Assembly (NCBI GenBank): GCA_963796055.1
Contig: CAWCKH010000003.1
Span: 192,001-256,000, forward strand
Source: an uncultured delta proteobacterium
GTDB lineage: Bacteria; Myxococcota; Myxococcia; Myxococcales; Myxococcaceae
Direction: 5' to 3'
DNA length: 64,000 nt
Made by a program: the position numbers and the translations under genes. A model generated the notes under the pieces. It did not search any database and was not told the DNA's origin. It saw only the letters and a program-made list of their open reading frames with translations. Positions 42,813 through 57,946 of this stretch are shown piece after piece (the stretch's first letter is position 1; each line of letters starts with the position of its first letter).

Positions 42813-43136
42813 ATGCGCCCTGTCCGGACCCTGGCCCTGCTCGCGGCCTTGCTGCTGCCGTCGTCGCCCGGCCTTGCCGCCCCATGGAGCCGCCCCTCGC
42901 CGCGAGCGGCGCTCGAGGTTCATGCCTCGCTCCGGGGCGCGCCGCGGATCGAGCCCCCGGCTTCCGCCCACCACGCACTCCGCGATCTCCCCGCAACGGT
43001 GGAGCATCCGGACCTGTACGCGCTGGTCACCCGCTGGATCGAGGCGGTGGCAGTCCCCGGGCCCGACGGGAAGCCGAAGCTCGTCCCGGTGACGGTGCGC
43101 GGCGGGCTCGGTCTGGCCTTCGCCCGCCGCTGGTGA
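42813..43136 (+). CDS. Small hypothetical secreted protein
   Basis: Signal peptide MRPVRTLALLAALLLP; C-terminal GGLGLAFARRW. Confidence 0.55.
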   Translation: MRPVRTLALLAALLLPSSPGLAAPWSRPSPRAALEVHASLRGAPRIEPPASAHHALRDLPATVEHPDLYALVTRWIEAVAVPGPDGKPKLVPVTVRGGLGLAFARRW

Positions 43137-43214
43137 GGTGCGGTGCGGCGAGGTGGGACGGCCATTCTCCCGCGCACCAGCGGTAAGCTGCGGCGCACCG
43201 TTCCCAGTCCAGGA

Positions 43215-43682
43215 ATGTCCCTCCCTGCCCCCTCCAGCCCCGGCTCGACCCCCGCCTTCCGCGTGCGGCTCGCGCGCCGTGGTGACGGCGAGCAGCTCGG
43301 TCTACTCCTCGCCGAGCTGGGCCACGCCGGCGCGGGAGACACCGGCACCGTGCACTGGGTGCTGAGCCATCCGGAGATCGAGGTCCACGTCGCCGCCGAC
43401 GGCAGCGACCGGCCACTGGGCCTCCTCTCGCTCTCTCACCGGCCCCAGCTCCGGCTCGGCGGCCGCGTCGCCACCATCGACGAGCTGGTGGTGCTGCCCC
43501 ACGCCCGCCGACAGGGCCTGGGACGGGCGCTGGTCCAGCGGGCGCTGGAGCGCGCGCGGGTGCTGAGCGTGAAGCGGGTGGAGCTGCAGCTGCCGAGCGT
43601 TCCCACCGAGGCCAGCTACCGCTTCTGCGAGGCGATGGGCTTCCGGGACGCCGAGCGCGGGGTCGTCACCCGGACCCCTTGA
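43215..43682 (+). CDS. GNAT family N-acetyltransferase
   Basis: IDELVVLPHARRQGLGRAL; FCEAMGF. Confidence 0.88.
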   Translation: MSLPAPSSPGSTPAFRVRLARRGDGEQLGLLLAELGHAGAGDTGTVHWVLSHPEIEVHVAADGSDRPLGLLSLSHRPQLRLGGRVATIDELVVLPHARRQGLGRALVQRALERARVLSVKRVELQLPSVPTEASYRFCEAMGFRDAERGVVTRTP

Positions 43683-44040
43683 GCGTCCAGGCCCCGGGCA
43701 ACGTCGCCGGCCCGAGCCGGTGGACCAGCGCCCCGAGCCGCTCCTTCGACGCCGGCTCCACCTCGCGGAAGCGCACCCCGATGGCCTGCTCGCGGGCGCG
43801 GGCCCAGGCCACCACACCCTCCAGCTCGAACCGCTCGTCCTCCACCAGCAACACCAGCTGCAGCACGTGACCCACCGGGTAGCTGCGCTCGGTCTTCAGG
43901 CAGATGCCGCCCACCGAGAAGTTCACCGCGTAGGAGCGAAGCGCCTCCACGGCTGCAGCCGCGTCGCGGAAGTGGACCTCGATCCTCACCGGGATGCGGT
44001 CCTCTGCCCGCCGCTCCTCGCCCTCGTGGGGAGTGTCCAT
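43666..44040 (-). CDS. Stand-alone PilZ-domain protein (myxobacterial type)
   Basis: RRAEDR (RxxxR) and NFSVGG ([DN]xSxxG) c-di-GMP motifs; GVRF. Confidence 0.88.
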   Translation of the reverse strand: MDTPHEGEERRAEDRIPVRIEVHFRDAAAAVEALRSYAVNFSVGGICLKTERSYPVGHVLQLVLLVEDERFELEGVVAWARAREQAIGVRFREVEPASKERLGALVHRLGPATLPGAWTLKGSG

Positions 44041-44083
44041 CCGGTCGAGCCGGACGACCCTTGTCCGGCCTGTGCGCCAGTGT

Positions 44084-45652
44084 CTACCGGAAGCGCGGGT
44101 CGATCGCCAGATAGGCCGCCGCCCGGAGCGACTTCCGATGAAGCTCCCTGGGGGGCCTCAACACGTTCAGCAGCAGCTTCCGGCCGAAGACCCGGCGGAA
44201 GAGGCCCGCCTCGTGGGTGGCATCCCACAGCTCGAGGTCCAGTGGGCTCCGGGCCCGGAGCTTCACCAGCACCGCGTTGGGCAAGAGCCTCGCCTGGAGC
44301 CGGACGATGCTCTGCCGGTGGCTACGATCGAGCGAGTCGGCGACTCGGAGAAGGGTGGCGAGCTTGCGCACCACCCGGACCTCGCCGGTGCCGAGGCCCT
44401 CCATCCCCGAGTGGCTCGGGTCGGGAGCGCTCCGGCGGTGGTAGCGCGCGATGCGGGCCACCAGCTCGCGCTCCCGCTCGCGCAGCCCGGGGATCTCGGC
44501 GTTGACGATGAGGTAGTAGCTGTGCCGGTGGTGCTTCTGGTAGCTGACCGCGTTGCCGATGTCGTGGAGCAGGCCCGCGACCTCGAGGAGCGGACGGGCC
44601 GACGCCGGCAGGTTGTGCAGGGGCGCGAGATCGTCGAAGAGCTGCAGCGCCAGCCGGGTCACCTGGGTGGCGTGCGCCTCGTCGAAGTGGAACCGCCGGC
44701 CCACCACCAGCGCCGCCTCGTGCAGGCTGTGGTCCTCGCCGGCGTCCTTGCGCCGGATGAGGTCGACCAGGATGCCCTCGCGCAGCCCGCGCTGGACCGC
44801 GGTGACCGACTCGATGCCCAGGTGTCTCACCAGCTGCTCGAGGATGACCGCCCCGGCGCAGACGATCTCCGCGCGGCGGGCATCGAAGCGCTTGCGCCGC
44901 TGGACCGGTGACATCTCCACCAGGTCCTCCACTGCCTGGGAGATCTGCCGGGCGGTGGCGTTCGCGGCGGCATCGGAGGCGGCGTAGCCCACCACCGCGC
45001 CGATGGTGCCGGAGCTGCCCAGTGCCGCCCGGGGCGCGCCGGCGATGCGGGCCGGGAGCCCCTCGGTGAGCGCCTCCGAGACGTACCCCCGCATGAGCTT
45101 GAGCTGCTTCTTGCTCATGCTCCTCGAGGTCCCGAACAGCTCGGTGAGCCGGACCGCGCCGAGCCCCACGGTCCACATCGCGTTGGGCGTGTCCCCCAGG
45201 GCGGAGGCGACCTCGGTCGAGCCACCGCCGATGTCGATGCACAGCGAGCGCGCGCTGGGCGGCTTCCCCCACAGGACGCCCATGCTGATGAGCCGGGCCT
45301 CCTCCATGCCGGAGATGACCTCCAGCCGCAGTCCGGCCTCCTCCCGGGCCCGGCGGACGATCTCGTCCCGGTTCTTCGCCTCTCGCACCGCGCTGGTGGC
45401 GACCGCCCGCACCTGCGCGTGGTACCTCCGGCAGAGCGCACCGTACCGGCGAAGCGTGGAGAGCAGCCGGTCGGCGACCTCGCGGGGAATGACCCCGGTG
45501 CGGAACACGCCCTCGCCGGGGCGGACCGGGTCTCGCTCCTGGTGGAGCAGCTCCAGCGAGCCGTTCGCCAGCAGCCGCGCCAGCTCCAGACGCACCGCAT
45601 TGGTGCCCACGTCGATGGCGGCGAGCACCGGTTCTGGGACGGGTCGAGTCAA
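44084..45652 (-). CDS. ppx: Exopolyphosphatase Ppx/GppA with HD domain
   Basis: AIDVGTNAVRL, ATSAVREA, EEARL, DIGGGSTE, GLREG, LLHDIG. Confidence 0.94.
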   Translation of the reverse strand: MTRPVPEPVLAAIDVGTNAVRLELARLLANGSLELLHQERDPVRPGEGVFRTGVIPREVADRLLSTLRRYGALCRRYHAQVRAVATSAVREAKNRDEIVRRAREEAGLRLEVISGMEEARLISMGVLWGKPPSARSLCIDIGGGSTEVASALGDTPNAMWTVGLGAVRLTELFGTSRSMSKKQLKLMRGYVSEALTEGLPARIAGAPRAALGSSGTIGAVVGYAASDAAANATARQISQAVEDLVEMSPVQRRKRFDARRAEIVCAGAVILEQLVRHLGIESVTAVQRGLREGILVDLIRRKDAGEDHSLHEAALVVGRRFHFDEAHATQVTRLALQLFDDLAPLHNLPASARPLLEVAGLLHDIGNAVSYQKHHRHSYYLIVNAEIPGLRERERELVARIARYHRRSAPDPSHSGMEGLGTGEVRVVRKLATLLRVADSLDRSHRQSIVRLQARLLPNAVLVKLRARSPLDLELWDATHEAGLFRRVFGRKLLLNVLRPPRELHRKSLRAAAYLAIDPRFR

Positions 45653-45782
45653 GGCGATCCAGGGAGGTGTAACAATGCGCTCCGACGCGCAAGGCCGCGG
45701 GCTTGCTCGGGCACCCCCTTCACGTCATCGTCACCCATCTGGAACCCCCCGGACGCACCGCTCCGGACGCTCCTTCTGCCCC

Positions 45783-47933
45783 TTGGACTCGACCGACCCC
45801 CGGATGTTCATCAACCGCGAGCTGAGCGCGCTCGCCTTCAACCTGCGCATCCTGGGGGAGGCGCAGGACGCCGCCCTGCCCCCGCTCGAGCGGGTGCGCT
45901 TCCTCTCCATCGCCTCGGCGAACCTGGACGAGTTCTTCATGGTGCGGGTGGCGGGCATCAAACAGCAGCTGGCCTCCGGCGTCACGGCCACCGAGGCGGA
46001 CGGCCTCTCGCCGACCGAACAGTTCCAGGCCATCACCGCGGAGGTGCGGGAGATGGTGAGGCTGTTCGACGCGGTCTGGCGGGACGAGCTGGTGCCCCTG
46101 CTCCGCTCTCACGGACTGGAGATCCTCTCGCCCGACGCCCTGGACCGTGCCCAGCGGGAGGCGGCGCGGGAGCACTTCCGCTCCGCCGTCTTTCCGGCGC
46201 TGACCCCGCTGGCGGTCGACCCGGGCCACCCTTTTCCGCACCTGCGCAACAAGTCGCTGAACCTGGCCGCGGTCCTCCACCGCGAGGGGCGGAAGCGGCG
46301 CGCGGGGGGCGGGCCGGGCGACCTCGCGGTGGTGCAGGTGCCCACGGTGCTCAGCCGGCTCGTTCCGCTGCCGGCGGACGAGGGGCAGAGCGCGTATCTG
46401 CTGCTCGAGGACCTCATCGGCCTCTTCCTGGGCGAGCTGTTCCCCGGCTTCACCGTGGAGCACCGGGCGGCGTTCCGGGTGACCCGGAACTGGGACCTGA
46501 ACGTGGACGAGGAGGAGTCCGAGGACCTCATGTCCACCATCCAGGAGGAGCTGCGTCGACGGGACCGCGGCATGGCGGTGCGACTCGAGCTGAACCAGGG
46601 CGCCACCCTGGCGCTGGAGGCCTCGCTCCGCCAGTCGCTGGGGCTGACCCACGAGGACGTCTACCGCTCCGAGGCGCCGCTGCAGCTGTCGGATCTCACC
46701 GCGCTGGCCGAGCGCGACCACCGCCCCGAGCTCCGGGCCGAGCCCTTCACTCCGGCGCTGCCGCCCGCGCTCCGCGACGCCGAGAGCCTGTTTCCGGTGC
46801 TGGCCCGGGGCGACGTGCTGCTCCAGCACCCCTACGAGTCGTTCGACCCGGTCACCCGCTTCATCGAGGAGGCGGCGGACGACCCGAACGTGCTGGCCAT
46901 CAAGCAGACGCTGTACCGCATCGCCCCGGACAGCCCAATCGCCCGGGCGCTCAGCCGCGCCGCGGAGAACGGCAAGCAGGTGGCGGCGCTGGTGGAGCTG
47001 AAGGCCCGCCTGGACGAGGCGAACAACATCGCCTGGGCCCGGAGGATGGAGGAGGCCGGGGTGCACGTGGTCTACGGCCTGATCGGGCTGAAGACCCACT
47101 GCAAGATCGCCCTGGTGGTCCGGCGTGAAGGCCAGGGCATTCGCCGCTACGTCCACCTCGGCACCGGCAACTACAACGCGCTCACCGCGCGGCAGTACAC
47201 CGACCTGTCGCTGTTCACCGCCCGGACCGCCGTGGCCGACGACGTGAGCGCGCTGTTCAACATGCTCACCGGCTACGCCGTGCCGCCGACGTTCAAGCGG
47301 CTGGTGGTGGCGCCGTGGGGACTCCAGGAGAAGCTGACCGAGCTCATTCGCCGCGAGGCAGACCGGGCGCGCCGCGGAGAGGGCGCGCGGATCCTGGTCA
47401 AGGTGAACCACCTGGTGGACGCGGCTCTCATCCGCGAGCTGTACGCGGCCTCCCAGGCCGGCGTCCGCATCGACCTTCTCATCCGCGGGATCTGCTGCCT
47501 CCGGCCGGGACTGCTGGGCGTGTCGGAGAACATCCGGGTCCGCGCCATCACCGACCGCTTTCTCGAGCACAGCCGGGTGTTCGCCTTCGGCACGCCGGAG
47601 CGGGCGGAGGTGTTCCTCACCAGCTCCGACTGGATGCCGCGCAACTTCATCCGCCGGGTGGAGGTGATGGTCCCGGTGGAGGACCCGGTCATCCGGCTCC
47701 GGCTGCTGGACGAGGTGCTGGGCATCGGACTGCGGGACGACGCCAAGGCGAGCGAGCTGCAGTCGGATGGGACCTACACCCCGGTCCGGAGCGAGGGCGG
47801 GCCCAGCGTGCGGAGCCAGATGGTGTTCCTCGAGCGCGCGCACCGGGCCGAGGCGGGCAAGGACGCGGTCATCCGGCACATCGCCGCGCCCGAGCCCTCC
47901 GCCCCGCCGCGCTCGGCCCTGCCGCAGGGCTGA
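45783..47933 (+). CDS. ppk1: Polyphosphate kinase 1 (start uncertain)
   Basis: FINRELS, NLDEFFMVRVAG, HPFP, HPYESF, KTHCK, GTGNYN, RFLEHSR. Confidence 0.96.
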   Translation: MDSTDPRMFINRELSALAFNLRILGEAQDAALPPLERVRFLSIASANLDEFFMVRVAGIKQQLASGVTATEADGLSPTEQFQAITAEVREMVRLFDAVWRDELVPLLRSHGLEILSPDALDRAQREAAREHFRSAVFPALTPLAVDPGHPFPHLRNKSLNLAAVLHREGRKRRAGGGPGDLAVVQVPTVLSRLVPLPADEGQSAYLLLEDLIGLFLGELFPGFTVEHRAAFRVTRNWDLNVDEEESEDLMSTIQEELRRRDRGMAVRLELNQGATLALEASLRQSLGLTHEDVYRSEAPLQLSDLTALAERDHRPELRAEPFTPALPPALRDAESLFPVLARGDVLLQHPYESFDPVTRFIEEAADDPNVLAIKQTLYRIAPDSPIARALSRAAENGKQVAALVELKARLDEANNIAWARRMEEAGVHVVYGLIGLKTHCKIALVVRREGQGIRRYVHLGTGNYNALTARQYTDLSLFTARTAVADDVSALFNMLTGYAVPPTFKRLVVAPWGLQEKLTELIRREADRARRGEGARILVKVNHLVDAALIRELYAASQAGVRIDLLIRGICCLRPGLLGVSENIRVRAITDRFLEHSRVFAFGTPERAEVFLTSSDWMPRNFIRRVEVMVPVEDPVIRLRLLDEVLGIGLRDDAKASELQSDGTYTPVRSEGGPSVRSQMVFLERAHRAEAGKDAVIRHIAAPEPSAPPRSALPQG

Positions 47934-48032
47934 GCCGCGCAGCGCAGCAGCCCAGGAGCGTGGCGGCGAGCGAACGACACGACTCTCCGGCTTGCGCTCG
48001 CCCCTCGACTGCTGAGAGACACGGCTGCCCTC

Positions 48033-49949
48033 GTGACCCTCCTCCGCGCCGCCGATGTCGCGCTCTCCTTCGGGAGCCGCACCCTCTTTCACGACCTGAC
48101 GCTGGTGGTCGAGGAGGACGAGCGGGTGGGCCTGGTGGGTGTCAACGGCTCGGGCAAGTCGACCTTGATGCGCATCCTCGCCGGCGAGCTCCGGCCCGAT
48201 GCGGGCCAGCTGCAGCTCCGCCGAGGCGCGCGGGTGACGTTTCTCCCCCAGGAGCCGGAATTTCCCTCGGGCGCGACCGTCGCCGGGGAGCTCTCGGTCG
48301 CCCAGGCGCCGCTCCGGCAGGCGCTGGAGCAGCACCACGCTCTGGCCCACCAGCTCGGGTCCCTCGCCGCCGACCCACTCGCGCGGGCCACCGAGCAGCT
48401 CGCCGCGCTGGCGGACCGGATCGAGTCGCTCGGCGGCTGGGACACCGAGCACCAGGCGCGTACCCTGCTCGACCGGCTCGGAGTGAAGGACTGGGACCGG
48501 CCGGTGGCCCAGCTCTCCGGCGGCGTCCGGAAGCGGGTGGCCATCGCCCGCGCCCTGCTCTCCCGACCGGATCTGCTGCTCCTCGACGAGCCGACCAACC
48601 ATCTGGACGCCGACACGGTGGAGTGGCTCGAGGACGCGCTCGACGCGCTCCCGGGTGCGCTGCTGCTGGTCACCCACGACCGGTACTTCCTCGACAGCCT
48701 GGTGGACCGGATCGTCGAGATCCAGCCCGGGGGCGCCCTGGTCTCGTACCCCGGCAACTACCAGGCGTACCTCGAGCAGAAGCTGGTCGCCGAGGAGGAG
48801 GCCGCGCGGGCCGAGCACAAGCGGGGCCGGTGGATCGCCCAGGAGGTCGCCTGGCTCCGGCGCGGTCCCGAGGCACGCCGGACCAAGAGCCGGGCCCGCG
48901 TCGACCGCGCCCGGCGGCTGATGGCCGAGCCGCGCTTCCGCCGTCCGCGCATTCCCGAGCTGCAGCTGGCCGAGGCCCCACGGCTGGGTCACACGGTCAT
49001 CGAGGCCCGGGGTGTCGCCTTCGGCTGGCCCGGACGGGAGCTGCTCCGGGACGTCTCGCTCATCGTGCAGTCGGGCGACCGGGTGGGCATCGTCGGCCCG
49101 AACGGCGCGGGGAAGACGACACTCCTGCGCGTGCTTCTCGGCGAGCTCCCCCCGCAGCGGGGGACGGTCGTCCGCGGGCGCACCGCGCGCGTGGCGCACT
49201 TCGACCAGGGGCGGGCATCGCTCGACCCGGAGCAGACGGTGTACGAGGCCGCCTCGAGCGAGGAGCAGGTGGAGCTCGGCGGTCGGACCGTCGCCCTGCG
49301 CGACTACCTCGATGACCTCCTCTTTCCCGTGCCGATGCAGCGGATGAAGGTCGCCGCGCTCTCGGGCGGCGAACGAAACCGGCTGCTGCTCGCGCGGCTG
49401 TTCCTCCAGGGCGCGAATCTGCTGGTCCTGGACGAGCCCACCAACGATTTGGACCTTCCGACGTTGAACGTCCTGGAGCGACTGCTGCTCGGGTTCAACG
49501 GCGCGGTCCTCCTCGTGACGCACGACCGGTACTTCCTGGACAAGGTGGCGACCCGGGTCCTGGCGGTGGAGGGAGACGGCACGGTGATCTCCTGGCCGGG
49601 GAACTTCACCACCTACCGGGCACTCCGGGCCCAGACGACCGCCGGGACCTCGCCACCGGGTGCCACGCGCAACCCGGCTGCCCCGGTGGTGGACCGAGCG
49701 ACGGGCGCCCCAGCCGAGTTAGCGCGCCCGAGGCGCCTCGGGTACCAGGCCCAGCGTGAGCTCGAGGGGATGGAGGCGGCGATCGAGGCGGCGGAGGCTC
49801 GCCGTGCCGCGGCCGAGGCCGACCTGCTTCGCCCGGAGGTCTACTCGGACGGACGTCGGGCGGCCGAAGCGCAGGCCGCGCTCGCTGCGGCCACCGCCGA
49901 GGTGGATCGTCTCTATGCCCGCTGGGCCGAGCTGACGTCGCTCGGGTAA
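48033..49949 (+). CDS. uup: ABC-F family ATPase, Uup-like
   Basis: Two ABC domains (GSGKST/LSGG/DEPTNHLD; GAGKTT/LSGGE/DEPTNDLD), linker ARRTKSRAR, C-terminal coiled coil ending LYARWAEL. Confidence 0.88.
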   Translation: MTLLRAADVALSFGSRTLFHDLTLVVEEDERVGLVGVNGSGKSTLMRILAGELRPDAGQLQLRRGARVTFLPQEPEFPSGATVAGELSVAQAPLRQALEQHHALAHQLGSLAADPLARATEQLAALADRIESLGGWDTEHQARTLLDRLGVKDWDRPVAQLSGGVRKRVAIARALLSRPDLLLLDEPTNHLDADTVEWLEDALDALPGALLLVTHDRYFLDSLVDRIVEIQPGGALVSYPGNYQAYLEQKLVAEEEAARAEHKRGRWIAQEVAWLRRGPEARRTKSRARVDRARRLMAEPRFRRPRIPELQLAEAPRLGHTVIEARGVAFGWPGRELLRDVSLIVQSGDRVGIVGPNGAGKTTLLRVLLGELPPQRGTVVRGRTARVAHFDQGRASLDPEQTVYEAASSEEQVELGGRTVALRDYLDDLLFPVPMQRMKVAALSGGERNRLLLARLFLQGANLLVLDEPTNDLDLPTLNVLERLLLGFNGAVLLVTHDRYFLDKVATRVLAVEGDGTVISWPGNFTTYRALRAQTTAGTSPPGATRNPAAPVVDRATGAPAELARPRRLGYQAQRELEGMEAAIEAAEARRAAAEADLLRPEVYSDGRRAAEAQAALAAATAEVDRLYARWAELTSLG

Positions 49950-50079
49950 GTGCCTGCGGCCGTCCACGCGCCGATACCGCGAGGCCGAGGACACTCCTTC
50001 TCCTCGTCGCTGGCGTGTGCCCTGGAACGGGCGCATCGGACAGACCGCAGCGCCACACCCATGAGAAGGAGTCCACGAG

Positions 50080-50859
50080 ATGGCACAGAACGAGAAGCAG
50101 GGAACGGGAACGGAGTCGAGGAGCGCGGCGGCGGGGTCGAGCACCGGCGCGGAAAGCCCCGGAATCTCCACCGCGGCACGCGGCACGACCTCGACCGGAA
50201 GCGCGTCCTCGCCGGGGAGCTCGTCGCCGACCAGAGCCGAGAGCGGCACCGAGCAGAGCGGCATGACGGTGGGCTCCACGGGAACGTCCGGTGGCCAGCA
50301 GCAGCAGGGCTCACGGCTCGCGAGGCGCGAGGGCTGGGACGACCCGCTCGGCAATCTCTTCGGCGGGAACCTCTTCGGGGCGAACCCCTTCGCCCTCTTC
50401 CGCCGGCTGAGCGACGATATGGATCGGATGTTCTTCGGAGGCGGCGCCCCGCAGAACCTCAACCCGATCGCTGCACTGGCGGGCCGCTTCATCCCCAACA
50501 TCGACATCGAGCAGCGTGACGACAGCATCGTGGTCCGCGCCGACCTCCCTGGCGTCCAGCTCGAGGACTTCCAGGTGAACGTCGATGACGACGCGCTCGT
50601 GCTCCAGGGCGAGCGGCGGGACCAGCGGGAGGAGAACCGCGGCGGAATGCGGCGGGTGGAGCGGACCTACGGGAGCTTCCGCCGCGTCATCCCGCTTCCT
50701 CCGGGCGCGAACACCGACGCCGCCCAGGCGCGCTTCGAGAACGGCGTCCTGGAGATCGTCATCCCGGTGCAGCAACAGTCCCGGAGCCGCCGGCTCGACG
50801 TCCAGTCGTCCAGCGGGACCTCGACCGGCAGCACCACCCGCGACACCACCCGCCACTGA
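50080..50859 (+). CDS. Hsp20/alpha-crystallin family small heat shock protein with low-complexity N-terminus
   Basis: ADLPGV, ERTYGSFRRVIPLP, AQARFENGVLEI. Confidence 0.92.
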   Translation: MAQNEKQGTGTESRSAAAGSSTGAESPGISTAARGTTSTGSASSPGSSSPTRAESGTEQSGMTVGSTGTSGGQQQQGSRLARREGWDDPLGNLFGGNLFGANPFALFRRLSDDMDRMFFGGGAPQNLNPIAALAGRFIPNIDIEQRDDSIVVRADLPGVQLEDFQVNVDDDALVLQGERRDQREENRGGMRRVERTYGSFRRVIPLPPGANTDAAQARFENGVLEIVIPVQQQSRSRRLDVQSSSGTSTGSTTRDTTRH

Positions 50860-50895
50860 CCGGCGCCGTTCACGACGCTGGCTGGCGATGCTGAA

Positions 50896-51605
50896 CTACC
50901 GGGTCGAGCCTGCGCGGAGACGCAGCGCCCCGTAGACCCCCGCCTCGGCATAGGTCGGAACTGCGCTCGGTCGGCAGCCCCAGCCGTTCATCACCAGGGT
51001 GAGGCGGAGCTCGCCACGGAACCTGAGCCGCGACGCCGGCACGGCGTTCCGCGCATCGAGCACTCCGTGGGTCAGTCGCCCGTCGAACATCGCCAGCCGG
51101 TTCGGTCTCGGAGCGACCAGATCCGCCTGCAGCGGGAGCGGGACCAGTGCTGGGTGCCGTGCGTCCGGCGGCTGGGCGGTGACCGCGAGCGCCCCGCCCC
51201 GGACCCGGTTGAGGAACAGCACCGAGGAGACGCGCGGATGGCGGTCCGGACCGCCTGCCTGCGCCAGCCGCTCGTCCCGGTCGCGGTGGAAGTCGACCCG
51301 CACGTCGTGGGTCCACATCCGGGAGAGCCACCACTCGACTCCCCGCGCGCCTCGCCCGCGGAAACGGTTCCCGAGTGCCACGAGGGCCAGCTCGGGCACG
51401 GCGACCGGAGTCGCGTCGAGGTCGAACCAGAAGGTGGTCTGGTAGGTCCTCCGGACTCCCTCGGAGCCGAGACGGCGGACACTCCGCTGCAGCCTCCGGA
51501 ACAGCGCCAGGGGGAGTGCCGGCTCGATGAGCTCGACCAGTCGCTCCGGTGCCGGTGGACGGGTCCGCCGTCGGCGGGTGCCTGCCCCGGTCGCGCTGGC
51601 CACGG

Positions 51606-51609
<4 letters not shown>
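50896..51609 (-). CDS. 2OG-Fe(II) oxygenase superfamily protein
   Basis: FHRD (HxD), SSVLFLN..GG, PRPNRLAMFDGRLTHGV (distal His), RLTL (2OG-binding Arg). Confidence 0.75.
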
Positions 51610-56110
<4,501 letters not shown>

Positions 56111-56310
56111 AGACCCCGGCCAGAGCGTCCCGGACGTTTTCCCGAGTTGCGTTCGGGAAACACTTATGGTGTTGGTGGACACGGCCTCCTGCAGGCGACG
56201 CAAGGCATCATTAATGTGAGTCGCCGCAGTGGCCGGTCGGTGCCCGAGGAGGTCCCCCTCCTCGTTCCCGGCCCCGCTGCGCCCCCGTCTCGCCCGAGCA
56301 CCCTGAACCG

Positions 56311-57939
56311 ATGCCCACGCTGCAAGTCACCCAGGTCACCAAGGCCTACGGCCAGAAGCGCCTCTTCGAGGACGTCGACGTCTCGTTCAACGAGCACAAC
56401 CGCTACGGCCTCACCGGCCCCAACGGCGCCGGCAAGTCGACCTTCATGAAGATCCTCGCGGGTGAGCTGGAGCCGGACACGGGCATGGTGAGCCGACCCA
56501 AGAAGACCTCGGTCCTCAAGCAGGACCAGTTCGCCTACGAGGACGTCCGGGTCCTGGACGTGGTGCTCCAGGGGAACCAGGGGCTCTGGGCCGCGCTCCA
56601 CGAGAAGGAGACGCTCCTCCACAAGCCCGATCTCACCGACGACGACGGGCATCGCCTCGCCGACCTCGAGGGCATCATCGCCGAGGAGGACGGCTACACC
56701 GCCGAGGCCGACGCCGCCTCGCTGCTCTCCGGTCTGGGCGTTCCCGAGGCGGACCACACCCGGCTGATGCGCGAGATCCCCGGCGGGTACAAGCTCCGTG
56801 TCCTGCTCGCCCAGGCGCTGTTCGGCAAGCCGCAGGCCCTGCTCCTCGACGAGCCCACCAACAACCTCGACCTCGACTCCATCCGCTGGCTGGAGGGATT
56901 CCTCCGCGAGTACGAGGGCATCCTGGTCGCCATCAGCCACGACCGGCACTTCCTCAACGCGATCTGCACCCACATCGCGGACATCGACTACCAGACCATC
57001 ATCACCTACCCCGGCGGGTACGACGACATGGTGATGGCCAAGGCGAATGTCCGCTCGCGCATCGAGTCGGAGAACGCCGAGAAGCAGAAGAAGATCGCCC
57101 AGCTCCAGGACTTTGTCGCCCGCTTCTCCGCCGGCACCCGCGCCAGCCAGGTGCAGAGCCGGAAGAAGGCGATGGAGAAGCTCCAGCTCGCCGATCTGAA
57201 GCGCAGCAACATCGAGCGCCCATTCATCAAGTTCGAGCAGAAACGCCCGAGCGGGAAGCAGACCCTCACCGTCGAGCACCTCACCAAGCACTGGCCGGGG
57301 GTGAGGGTCGCGGACGACTTCAGCGCCCTGGTCACCCGCGGCGAGAAGATCGCCATCATCGGCCGGAACGGGGTGGGCAAGACCACGCTCTGCAAGATGT
57401 TGATGGGCCAGCTCGAGCCGGATGAGGGCACGCTCACCTGGGGCCACGAGGCCAAGGTGGGCTACCTCGCGCAGGACCATCGCGAGGGCATCCCCAACGA
57501 CACCACCGCCGCCGAGTGGCTCCACACCTTCGACCACAAGGCCGGGAACGAGGAGATCCGTGGCCTCCTCGGCCGGATGCTCTTCAAGGGCGAGGAGGGA
57601 CTCAAGCCCACCCGCGCGCTCTCGGGTGGTGAGGGGGTCCGGCTGATCTTCGCCAAGCTCATGCTCACCAAGGACAACGTCCTGGTGCTCGACGAGCCCA
57701 CCAATCACCTGGACCTCGAGTCGATCGTCGCGCTCGGCGATGCCCTCTCGAAGTACGAGGGCACCGCCTTCGTGGTGACCCACGACCGCGACCTGATCGA
57801 GCAGTTCGCCACCCGCCTCTGGGCGTTCACCTCGCAAGGCCTGGTCGACTTCCGCGGGACCTACGACGAGTACCTGGCCAAGTCCGGTGGCGCCGCCGCG
57901 GCAACCCGTGCCGGCCAGGGCAACGGCAAGAAGCGCTGA
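56311..57939 (+). CDS. ybiT: ABC-F family ATPase, YbiT-like
   Basis: NRYGLTGPNGAGKSTFMKIL, GYKLRVLLAQALF, FVARFSAG, QSRKK, second ABC domain. Confidence 0.88.
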   Translation: MPTLQVTQVTKAYGQKRLFEDVDVSFNEHNRYGLTGPNGAGKSTFMKILAGELEPDTGMVSRPKKTSVLKQDQFAYEDVRVLDVVLQGNQGLWAALHEKETLLHKPDLTDDDGHRLADLEGIIAEEDGYTAEADAASLLSGLGVPEADHTRLMREIPGGYKLRVLLAQALFGKPQALLLDEPTNNLDLDSIRWLEGFLREYEGILVAISHDRHFLNAICTHIADIDYQTIITYPGGYDDMVMAKANVRSRIESENAEKQKKIAQLQDFVARFSAGTRASQVQSRKKAMEKLQLADLKRSNIERPFIKFEQKRPSGKQTLTVEHLTKHWPGVRVADDFSALVTRGEKIAIIGRNGVGKTTLCKMLMGQLEPDEGTLTWGHEAKVGYLAQDHREGIPNDTTAAEWLHTFDHKAGNEEIRGLLGRMLFKGEEGLKPTRALSGGEGVRLIFAKLMLTKDNVLVLDEPTNHLDLESIVALGDALSKYEGTAFVVTHDRDLIEQFATRLWAFTSQGLVDFRGTYDEYLAKSGGAAAATRAGQGNGKKR

Positions 57940-57946
57940 GCTCCCC

